Part shown: in pieces, positions 30,456-41,740 of the stretch
Layout: each line of letters starts with the position of its first letter
Numbering within the stretch: position 1 is the stretch's first letter
NCBI GenBank assembly: GCA_009103225.1
Contig: RHPI01003156.1
Span: 1,112,159-1,176,158, forward strand
Length of the DNA: 64,000 nt
Source: Chlorokybus atmophyticus
Lineage: Eukaryota > Plantae > Mesostigma and Chlorokybus algae
Direction of reading: 5' to 3'
Program-made: the position numbers and the translations under genes
Notes under the pieces: generated by a model
The model's database searches: none
Told to the model about the DNA's origin: nothing
Seen by the model: only the letters and a program-made list of their open reading frames with translations

Positions 30456-32746
30456 TTGAGAAATGCGGCTGTGGGAGAAATGTGGCTTGTGTAGAATATA
30501 TGCAATGGTGTGCATGTGACTCACCGTTGCACGGCCTTGTCACATACGCAAGCACAAGCACAGTCCAACATGGCAACAACTTGTTTTACCACCGGGCTGC
30601 CTATACAACCTCAGCTATCTAGCTTCGCTATTGCCCTTGTATGTGTGGCTGTTAGATGGTATGCTTGAGCACGCTTTCCATGCATGTACAGCAGTACCCT
30701 CACACTGTATCGGTTTTATGTAGTCACATGTACAGTCACCATCAACTTCTCGCGGTGATTGTTGCTTGCCGCCAGACCAGTCCTTAAACAAAAAAGGCAG
30801 CTCAGCCCACACGCCATGATGTATTGAGGTTGTCAAAAGACACCAGCGTGTAGTCGGAACAGGGTAGACTGACATTCTATTCCTCGTCAAATCAGTCCTA
30901 GATTTCGTCCCAACTACACAAGCACAACAAACATCAGTTGCATGACGACGAGCAGTTGCGCAGCAGCAGTGGTGGCGACATGGCGGTGTGCATGCTGCGT
31001 CCTAAGCCTCCGCCACCACCACCACCAGCAAAGTCGTCCGTTGGTACCAGTCACTGCACTTATAACATACCACAACGATGATGACAACAGGGCAACATTG
31101 ACACTGAGGGCCTCCTGCTAAAGCACAGACCAGCACGTGGTGCTGCCCTTGCAAGCTGGCGTGTATGATAGTGCGTGTTGGTAACGTTTCCCTCTTCCCC
31201 TTCGCTCTGTCTCACGAAACCTGGGTTCTCACCTGCGCATGTTGTTGTTGTTAATAGTCTGTGCGAGCCGGTAGCCAAAGTACAGTGCGCAAGCACTTGT
31301 TGTTATTGCTGCTGTTAATGTTGCTGTCTTTGTTAGTGGAGCGGCTCGCGTGCGCAATCCTTCCAGCACGAGCAACAAGAAGCAGGTTTTTGTCTCCACG
31401 CAGCAGTGCGCATGCAAAGCAGGTGAACTTTGCATGTAGCGAAAGTACGCTTGGCCTGCTAATATGTGGCCTGTCAAAGGTTGTGCAAGCATTGGAACTG
31501 CAAGTCAAGTCTCTCTATTCCTTCGCACTGCAGTGGCCTGGCATTGGATGTGAGGTTGCGTATCGCTTAGAAAGCTCAGCACCCGCATATGCGCACAGAC
31601 AGACCCCAAAACTGACAAACAAAACAGACAGACACACAGTTACAACGACAAACACATGCACACACACGCGCACGCACGCACGCACGCACGCAGTGCCGGA
31701 ATGCCCTTGGCATGTTATGTTAGTTACGTTAGTAGTAGTAGAATGTACAGCCTAGCAGTGGTTGAACCGGTTTGGTTCGGCTGCTTCAACTGATTGCAGT
31801 GTTGTAAGCGCTTGTGCATGTGGTGCTCGCAGGTGTGGTGCGTGTTCACAACAGACTGCACACGCGTGACATTTGCATGTGCAACTATACAACTGGTAGC
31901 AGTACATCATGAGCGTGCAGGCCATATAACTTTGTCTAAGGAGAAATATTATAGGGACAGAGTTTCAAGTTTAGCGTAGCCTAAGCGTCTAAACAACAAC
32001 AATGATGGTACTAGCATCACCACCAGTTACACTTACAGCACTGGCAAATTGCAACAAGAGCCATACCCTCATGCAGGTGCAGCAACTCCACCACCTTGCC
32101 GCCCCTATCGCCGCCGCCGCCGTCGCCGTTGCTGCTGTTGACAATGCGTTAAGGCACTGAATGCACTTTTTCACTTGACGCTCAATGCTTAACGCCGCAG
32201 TGAGCATGCATTCAGTGTCTTAACGCTAAGTTCTGCGCTGGTTTAAGCTTGGCAGAGCTAAGCTTAGCTTAGCTCAGCTTGGCGGCGGCGGCGTGTAAGG
32301 CGTTGCTGAGCAGTTGACAGACGAAGCGAAGGCATAACAGGAGGAAGAGGAGGAGTTCAAGGGTGAAGGAAATCCCTTCCCTATCTCAACCTGCTGTGAG
32401 GTGAATGCGAGGCAATTCCTGCTGTGCTTTGCTGCTGGCCTCTCAGTGCCTCACAGCTGAGCATGCATGCATACCTGTGTGTAGCAGCTGGCATGCATGC
32501 ATACCTGTGCGTCCGTGTATGCGTGTGTGTGGCTCTGGGACGCTGGTGCTTGTCTCAAACAAGCATCACAACTCAAGCTTGCGATTGTTTCACGCATTTA
32601 GCTGCTGTTAAGCCCGATTGCTGACCCTCACGGATATCACTGCACATTTGCACATCATTAAGAATGGCTCAGCGAGTGGAATTTGTTTACCATGTCATCA
32701 ACCAAAGTACCACCTCATCCGCAGTCTCAGCGTTCAGCTCAGTGTC

Positions 32747-35441
32747 ATGGCCGACGTGGATGGCGAAGTGGCCGCTGTTGTGAGCAGACTGCTTGCGCCG
32801 CCTTCAGCTGAAGACGTCCAGGTGAGAGTGTATTGTTATGCATGACATTTGTTAAGAAGTTTGTTGAGAACATTGTTGAGAAGGTTGTGAACCAGCGAGT
32901 GAAAGCTTATAGCAGTGTAGGTGCTTGAGGTGAATGAGTGAGTCTCTGGTATTGGTAACGAGAGGGTGACAGTGTTGATGTTGATGAAAGCGCGATGCGT
33001 GCAGGCGTATTATCAAGCAGAAGTTGGCGCGGGTTTGGCCGTGCGCTACATTGATGCGACGCTGAGCAAAGGTAAGAAAGCGGTTACACGCACGCACGCA
33101 GAAATGGTTGGGCGTGTGCACATGCGTGCAAGTGTGTGAGCGTGTGTACTCATGCTTGTGCGCACGCACCCACACTTACGAGCGCTCAGGTGTACACGCA
33201 GTGTGTTTGATGCATGTGTCCATGTCCACAGTTGCACCTGATGGACACATTCTTACTCTGCAAATCACAGTGCTTGCAGACAATATGTAGATTACAACAA
33301 CCCTGCATGCAGGCGTAATTGCCACGCGCAACTTTGGTGAAGGCGACGTGCTCGTAAAGGAACCGAAACTCGTCGGCGCTCAGCATTTTGCAAACAAGGT
33401 GACAGCCAATCTCCACAGTATTCTCACACGCATGTGCATGCACGCCATGCACAAGCGTGTGTGCGTGTTAGCATACACAGCAAGTACTGCATCACCTTTC
33501 TCTCTTTCTTCATCAGGCCGTTGCACATGTCTGCAGCCACTGTTTCCAGTACATTGGCTCGGTAGAGCAGCAAATAGGCAGGCGCATATTGGTACTCTCA
33601 ACATCCACTTCGCCACATCACGCCCATGGCGAAACATCTCACACATGCTCCGATGAAGAACAAGAAGAACAAGAGCAAGCACAAGTTGATGATGATGATG
33701 ATGATGGCAATGCTGTTGAGATCAGCTCAGAAGTCCAGCATTTGGCTTCACAGCTCACTGAGGGCAGCATCAAGCTTCCATTCACTGAAGATTTTGCTTT
33801 ACCTGAGGCTGTGGCTTGCCCTGGCGGCTGCGAAGATGAAGCATTCTGCAGGTATGTGTGCATGCGCACGTGTTCACGTAATGTGACTGCTACAAGCTGC
33901 TTCTGTGTTACTCAACTCTACGTTGTGGTGTTGTACTAGCACCTTATGCGCGGAAGCGGAGTGGGAGTTTTGTCATCAGTTGTTGTGCAATGGAACCGGC
34001 TCGAACGGCAACGCGCGTGCGCTAACAAGCTTCAAGGCGCACGCGAATGAAACCAATGACATCTTTCATGTAGCCGCACAGGCAAGTGAATGCAGAGAAT
34101 TCAGTTGAGGTGTGCGTGTTTTCTTTTTTGAAGTTGGATCATGACACTTGCTTTGTAGGTTATTGCTGCTACGGCCTTGCGATATCTCCGCTTATCTGAA
34201 GGCAAAAGGCCACATTCTGAGTCTGCGGGTGTCATTATCGACTTGTTGATGGAAGCCTGGAGGCCGTTTGGTATGGGTCATAAGGCCAAATGGTCCGAAT
34301 GCGTCGCTGCTCCGGAAGAAATGAGCGTGAATGAAGTGATACAATTCGGGCAACAGCTGAAGGAGGTGCGTTTTGTTGCATGAGTTGAGACGTGAATGGA
34401 GTATGTATTGTCTCATCTTATGACAGCTTGCAGGGGAGTCACTGTCGCTACTCAGCGATGCCATTGGAACTTATGATCCTGTCATGAAGTTTCTGCTGCA
34501 ACAAGACGTGTATGAGAGCATCGTTGGCATGTTCGAGCTCAACAATCTGTGAGTTGATTTTATTTTGTTGTCTATGTGTATTCGATGATTTCTGTTATGG
34601 CTGGCTTGACACGATTATCCAGCGCTATGCGCTTATGTTTGTTGTAGAGACATGGTGGTTGAGTCCCCAGTAGAGCGCTATTTTCTTCATATGGATGGGC
34701 AAGCGCCACAGCTCAAGGTGATTGGTCATTACCACTGTGTGCGTGCGTGCGTGAGAGTTCTAGTGAGTGAATGATTTACCAACTGGCAAGATGTTTCTTT
34801 TATTCCAAATAAGGGATGCAATACAGGCCATCACGCAACCGCTGTTGGATGCACTCGGGCCTTCGTACGCCGATCATTGCGAAGGTAATGTGATCATGAC
34901 GAGTTGACACGGTTTGTAGTATTGTTGAGATGACTTGTTTGGTAACATCACAGTTTGTTGGTTGCAGGGACGTGCTTCTTCCCCATACAGAGCTGCATGA
35001 ACCACTCGTGCAATCCAAATGCGCACGCTTTCAAGCGAGATGAGGTGAGACACACACATGCGCGCGTGCGTGCGCGTGCCCGTGCATAAAACGGAAACAA
35101 ATCAAGCAAGCAGATAACCTTGCATACATGTGTGCTATATGTCATATTTCTGAGCCTTCTGTACTGCATTGCAGGACACTAATGGGAGCGCTGTCATCCT
35201 GGCCAAGCGGCCCATCTTAGCTAGCGAACAGGTACACACATTTATGTATATGTATATGTATACTGCACCAATGAAGCTTGTCTCGCTGCAGTACTTTCAA
35301 GGCCTTAGAACTGATGTTGGTTCTAATGCGCAGGTTATGATCTCATATATTGATGAACATGAAGAGTTGGAGGATAGACAAGCGGCGTTGGCGGATTACG
35401 GATTCCATTGCGAGTGTGAGAAGTGCCGAGCAGGGAGGTGA
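32747..35441 (+). CDS. ATXR2: SET/MYND-type protein lysine methyltransferase, ATXR2-like
   Basis: VAAVVSRLLAPP; KEPKLVGAQHFANK; CSHCFQYIGSVEQQIGR; CPGGC; FKAHANETNDIF; MFELNN; QSCMNHSCNPNA; ISYIDE...DYGFHCECEKC. Confidence 0.88.
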
Positions 35442-35639
35442 CATCAAGTGCGTATGTGAAAGGTGCTATTGGCAAGCAGTGGTGTGTTGCAGCATGCGGT
35501 TTGTCAACGGTGGTTGGGCACGTGTGTACATGGCTCGGTATGTACTTTGTGAATTACAAATATGTGCGCACTCCATTGCAAGATGCTCAAAGTATGATCA
35601 TGCCAACCACCGCACTCAAGCAACCACAACTCTCAACAG

Positions 35640-36740
35640 CAACCGCCAGTCTGGCCCGGGCTTGGCGGGTGCTACAGGCAATACACATGGGTGCTAACAC
35701 CGCGCGCACACAGCTCAACAGCATCCCATACAATGTCGCACGCATCACTCCCGCCATGCCCGCCTCACCGTCGTCGCCCACGCCATTGCCTTGTTCCATG
35801 CTCGCCACGCTCATAGCACACCGTGTGGCGCTCACGCCAGTATAGTGCGTCCGCCTCAGCGGTCATGAGCCTCGACAACACTGGCGTCCACCCTGGCACG
35901 GACGCCAATATCTCCGCAACATACTCCAGCACTGCCTGCGCAAAAGGAGATGACAACATAAGAAGTGCCTCGGAGGAAATGTTTGTGCGGCACAGAGTGT
36001 ATATTACAATATTAACCACACAACTCGATGCAAGACTACTTACCCTGTAGAGGTGCCTCCACAAATTGGAAGCACACCGACTAACGCTAGAAGCAAGCTA
36101 TTCATCACATGAATGTGGGTAGGAGTTGGGGCGGTCAGTACGGATAAGCTGAGGTCTGCGTGTGCGCGGTGTTGGCACCCATGTATACAGGATATGCTGC
36201 CAGTAGTTGTAGACATGCACACACGTAGCCAAGTAGTGGTAGTTGAGTGCGTTGTGAGTACCTAGCCCGGAGGTGAAATAGCACTGTGACTGCTGCTGAC
36301 TGTTTGCTTGCAGCGTGTGCATGACTACATGCATGTCTCATGCTTATGGCCCCTTGCATGCGGTCTTATCAGCACTCCATCTTTTGTACACTACATATAG
36401 TGCATGTATGTAGTGTATGCACAAAAGCAATGCACAGAGGTAAACCAAGCACACCAAAGAAACAGTCATTACAACGCAACAAGCCAGCAGCAAACAGCAC
36501 GCAAAGGGCTGGCCCGGGCCCCTAACAATGGCAAACCGAAAAACAACTTGCAACACGCATGCAATCAACTACAACTCAAGGCAGGCAGGCAGGGGAGTGT
36601 GCCGTTTTGCTTCATCCTAAGTCACATTTTCTGTAGATTGGGTCATGAGTGTTACTGCTGGCCACCTGGGAGGTGGCATCGTCTGATTGGAAGGTGTTGC
36701 CAATAGTGATGTGTTGACTTGCGAAAAGCAGTTCTTCAAC
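35640..36740 (-). CDS. Possible unidentified multi-exon gene (or remnant)
   Basis: Exon-like blocks with GT/AG borders, e.g. CYFTSGLGTHNALNYHYLAT|PQLIRTDRPNSYPHS and AVLEYVAEILASVPGWTPVLSRLM. No family was recognised and no complete model could be built. Confidence 0.3.
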
Positions 36741-37152
36741 TGTGGCTGCTAGCGCACATGTGTAGCGCATGGTGCTTGGTATGTAGTTTGTGCATTGTGC
36801 AACACATGCATCGTTTTCGCACGTGCACTCTGTATCAAGGTGCTCATGCTAACATAGCACTCAAGCAGCTCATGTACATAGCACCGCTAGGCTGCGTGCT
36901 TGCGGATGTGCGCGTGTGAGCGGATGCAGCGCAGGATAACGCCAGAGCAACAGAAGTTAACTACGCATTGGCATGCATTTGAAACCAGAGTGCACAACAG
37001 AGCCTGTTGAACAGAAAAGGCGAAATGAAGTGGGAATATACAAGCAGAAATTACAATATGAACAAAAGGCTACGGCATACACTATACAAAGTGCCGCACT
37101 ATCACCATCCATGTGAAGAAGAGAAAGAGAACCCCCCCAAAAAGTCGTCCCA

Positions 37153-40100
37153 TCACATGACATGGTCAAACCCCCACATCTCCAGCCGTCGCACTCTGAA
37201 CTCCGCACTCGCCGCCAAACACTCCGACCCGTACGTGTCGCAATCACCGCTGCTTCCCTCATCTAAATCAGAATCCACTCTGAAAGCGAATCGCCCGCCG
37301 CCTCCGAACGCGAGCGCGTGACTCTCGCACAGCACGTAGAAGCGGTTGAGGCCCGTGGACGGGTAGATGCGCGGCGTGTTGGGGGACTGTTGGAAGACGA
37401 AACAGTCATTGGAGCCTTGGTAACGGTAGTGGAGGTGCTGCTCCCAGCGGACGCCCATAGCGAAGCCACCGAACACAGCCCCACCTGACAAGCGATGTGA
37501 AGAACTGGCTTTGGAAATCTAGTCAATCAAACAATCACTTGCAGCCAGCTTAAGTCTCGCAACAGGCAGACATAACCGCACGCATCTTGAGACACATGCA
37601 CGCACACATGTGCGCACGCGCACATAAAACACGCACGCACGCACGCACACGCGCACGAGTATGCGTGCACAGATACAAACCCTCTACACATGCACATACT
37701 CACCTGTGTCGCCAATGACTATGAGTGTGGGCCCACCATTGGCCGGCGCCTTCCGATAAAGCGTGCTGAGTGCGATGCCGTGATGGTCGGTGGAGTACAG
37801 CAGGTTCCAAGCGCGTCCTAGGCAGGCCGATGGCAGGGCTCCCGCCACGAACGACGGAAAGTCTTCCGAGAAGAGTGCCGACTCGCCAAGCAGTGTGGGC
37901 GGCCGCAGCCACAGGCCACGCCACCGCGGGGTCCAGACACGCCCGCTACTCGAGGCTGGAGCGCTCTGCGACAACCTCAACCTTTCATTAGCATCAATTG
38001 TGTGAGCCCATTCAGAGTCTCCTTCTCTCCCTTCTGCTTGAGGGCTTTTGGGGCTTCGCCCGGAGTCGGCTATATATATCCCTTCTATGCTTATGCGAGG
38101 GGTCCGGTTGTCGGCGTCATGGAATATATCATCATCACCGTCTGATGATGAGGAGGAGGAGGAGGTGGGAGAGGTGGAGGAGGTAGGCTCTGCTGGTTGG
38201 GCTTCGACAGCGTCGTGCATCGGCAGTAAGTCCTCAGCAGCTTGCAATGGATCGATTGGCGTGTCAACAGTTGCACTGTTGACGCGCTTTGTGGGTGTTG
38301 AAGGGGCTGGGGTCAACAAAGACCACAGGAATGCCGCCTGTGCAAGAGTTGCTTTTACCACTTGTGGTGCAGTCGCGGGCAATTGTCAAGTTATACCACT
38401 TATATAGCAGTGACTCGCATTTGCTTGGTCATGCTCAGCTGTGTCACATTCATAGCACATACCAAGGAGGACGTGTCTGGCCCATCGGGTAAGCTTGCTC
38501 TCATGTTCTGAAGCTGGCGCAATGCATAACAGGATCAGGACCAGCAACAACACTGACATGCAAACATAAACTATGCATGAGCCATAAGGCAGATCAAAGC
38601 GCTACCGATAAGAACGAGGATGACTTGCGAAGCATTGAGCCTCGTTGAGCTTTGCGTCGTTGTTTGCACAACTCCTTGAGCTGCGATACAGCCGTGCGCG
38701 CTGTCGAGTCATCCGCATCCACCTGCATGCGGACAAGACAGATGATGAAACTTGACTCCAGACATAAGCCACCTGCATGCCATTGTTAAGTCACCACCTT
38801 GGCTTCAAACTCTGTCAGACTCTGCGCCAGATGTTGCAGCACGTCCGACATGCCGTTGACCTCTTTGACCAGCTGCGCGGTCCACCCTGCAGGGCAAATG
38901 ACACGCAAGCTAGTCAGAACAACATGTTTGATGATGCACAGAGAACACAGTGTCATGGATGTGGGGTGGACCGACCTTTGCGAAACAAGAGCCGATGGTG
39001 AAGACAGTCCACGTTGTTGTAACATAATGCGAGCTTGTGCATAGCAACAACCTGCATGTAGGTACATGTCAAGGAGCCAAGAGAGTGAGTTTGTTGCCGC
39101 AGTAACGACTTGTCCTTGACAACAGGAGAGTGCACCGGCGAACCTGCTGTACTGCTTCAAGGCGCAAGAACGCTTCGTCTTGAAGCGCTTCCAAACAAGT
39201 CAATACGTCTGGAATGTGCCGCAAAGCATCTAGCGCAACACTGTTTAAACACTTCAAAACGCCCTGCTCATGCGCATCAACCTCAAGCAAGTCCTGTAAA
39301 TAGGACACATCAGCTTGTCAAAAGCAGGCACCATGTGTGACAACACGCTCAAAAGGCATGAAGACCCGACACGCGTTGACCAGCTTTGCAATGAAACTTG
39401 GTTGTACTACAAGACAGCACCTCCAAGTTGTCTAGATGCTGCCAGCACAGTTCCTGCGGCCAGCGTAGCCGATGTGAAATGCTGCGGCACTCAAAAGCAA
39501 GGCGCACTTTCTTTGCAAACATGCCGAGGGCGGTGACGAGCTGTTCATATTCAGAGTCGGCGGGCACCTCCACGTCCGCTGTGACCGCCAAACGCAGCGC
39601 AGCCACTGCAGCCGTGCCAGCTGTCACACGGCAGTATTGGTCGTATTTTGCCACGGTTGCTGCCTGAAAAGTACAGCTGTTAGCCCACGAGTCTCATTAA
39701 ACTACTGCTAAACGCACTGTGAGCTACACGAGAGTGCAACCAACAACACTTGCAACATCAACATATATTGTCGCGCATTGCGCATTACCTGACTCTCGTG
39801 GAAATCTGCCATGCCGGCACCAATGCATTGCGCTGCTTCACGTATCAACTTCTGGTACCTGGTTGCACGAGACTACTTATCCGCATGAAGAATCCAACAC
39901 ATCATATGGGTGCAGCAGGTGTCCACACACACGCCAACATGATTGCCTCAAGAAGTGCCAACATTTATATGAGTTGCAACTTACAACTCTGGAAGCTGCT
40001 GGAAGGTCTCTGCAAGCGAAGGCCAGGCGTCAAAGATCTCAGCGTGAGCTCCATGTCCACCTGCATTGCAGGCCAGTCAATACAATAATAGTCTATCAGA

Positions 40101-41143
40101 GCATCCAGTATCGAACATGTAGTACACATTCAACCCATCATCACTATATTCCAACACTTCTTGGCGGGTCTAATAATACTGCAAGCTCACATTGAATCTG
40201 CCAGCTGGTGTCGTCAAGGCGTGCATGAAGCCCGCGCAACAAGTCCAATCTGCTCCGTGAGTCCAAGAAGCTGTCATCCTCTGCATGGATTTTTCGTAAC
40301 AGTGACGCATAGATTAGTAAGGGAATGCATTGCTGACCATCGCTGTTGCCACAAGCGACTGTTACCTATTGTTTCCAAAGCTGCAGTCACCAAGTGAAGC
40401 ACGCACAGCTGCCAAGAAAGGAGGAGCAGTGAGGCATGCTGGGGTTGAGCTGTCAAGATTGCCAACACCACATGGCGATGCACATGGAGTCATCAATTGA
40501 CTTCAATTGGGCAATGTCTGGTAACTGCTTGCGTGGTACTGGAGATTGCCAACAGGCAAAAGCACACCATGCTCCATGCACGCATGAAAGCGCGTCAATG
40601 ACTGTTGCTTGCAACCGTGATTGCTTCTTTCACACCCGGTGTCGTACTCAACCCATTGCAATAGACTGTACTGGCATAGTGTTGTCCACACATCCACATG
40701 ACACGCACCACCGCGCACCGGAATAGCACGCATTCACAGAGTAGCATGGAGGTATTACGATTATGTTGTCAGAAAGAGACGCAATTTACCTGACTTATTA
40801 CTCCGCCAAACAATGAGAAGGAACTTGGCTGTTGCGTGTGCGCAATGCACAAATGTAATGCTAAAACAAACTTGCAGAGCGATGTGCCATTGCCATTGTG
40901 ACATGCATGTCAGTACACACTCACAGCAATGCGTATCTCCTGCGGCTGCTGATCCACCAGCATCCCAACCGGCCTCGACACCCTCTGAAGCACGCCGTAG
41001 CACAGCCCCAGCCCAGGTGGAGCATCCTGGCCCAGCAGCGAATCAGGGTTTCCTCCTCCTCCTCCGGCGCCAACGGTGGCGGCCGCTGCGGCCGCCCTCG
41101 TCCTGATCCCCGCCGCAACTCGTCCCAGCAACCCTGTGGCCAT
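37153..41143 (-). CDS. Squalene-synthase-like domain with degenerate active site fused to a C-terminal TLDc domain (13 exons, ~729 aa predicted)
   Basis: Exons: 41143-40925, 40408-40366, 40280-40191, 40060-39985, 39858-39789, 39663-39421, 39293-39144, 39051-38976, 38886-38798, 38722-38606, 38513-38463, 38337-37704, 37484-37153. All introns are GT-AG and phase-compatible; total 2190 nt with no internal stop. The N-terminal half aligns with the local SQS. The C-terminus has TLDc motifs (LLYSTDHHGIALSTLYRK, GAVFGGF, YQGSNDCFVF, LAFGGGGRFAFRVDSDL, LEMWGF). The 38606/38513 junction is the least certain. Confidence 0.8.
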
Positions 41144-41740
41144 CTCCCCAGCTCACCTCAACCCTCCCCCCGCCACCCTCCAGGCCGCCCTCACCGCCAC
41201 CGCCGCCCATACCCGTACGGACACGGATGGTGGTGTCAGCACGTACCCGTACCCCTGTGCTGACACCGTCACGCATTACACATTAGCTGCTGTCCCGTCA
41301 CGCGTCATGCGCAAGCGATGGAGTGGCTGGCTTATGACGTGGCTTACGTCAGCCGCCACGTCACGGGCCATCTACTCTAATCGCATGATCAAACGTGGCA
41401 AGAGTTAGCCAATCACAACGCCACACGCAGGAGGCTGTGTCGCGTGGCCCTCGTAACCTCGGTTAAGCAGTTCTTGTCGGCGTAAAAGCGGCGCTCTGTG
41501 GCTGAGTGACTGCGTTTTCCCCGGCGAACGCAGCCACAGAACCACGGTTAGTAGACGAACTGCGGTTCAGTATGCTACACACAAGGGGTTAAATACTCAC
41601 TTTTTCGTCAGCCAGAGAGTTGTCAGGGTGCGCCACGTGGCGTGGCCCGTGCAGCGGCGGCGGCGGCGGCGGCGGCGGCGGCAAACAAGCAGGACAAGGA
41701 GCAGGAGGGGGAAGCACAGGAGAAGTGAGAGGTCGGCGCC

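Noticed and set aside
30615-32120. Possible small minus-strand gene (NGDGGGGDRGGKVVELLHLHE; TSACALYFGYRLAQ; AELPFLFKDW)
   Set aside because: Exon-like pieces exist, but no start codon, consistent phase chain or family could be established.
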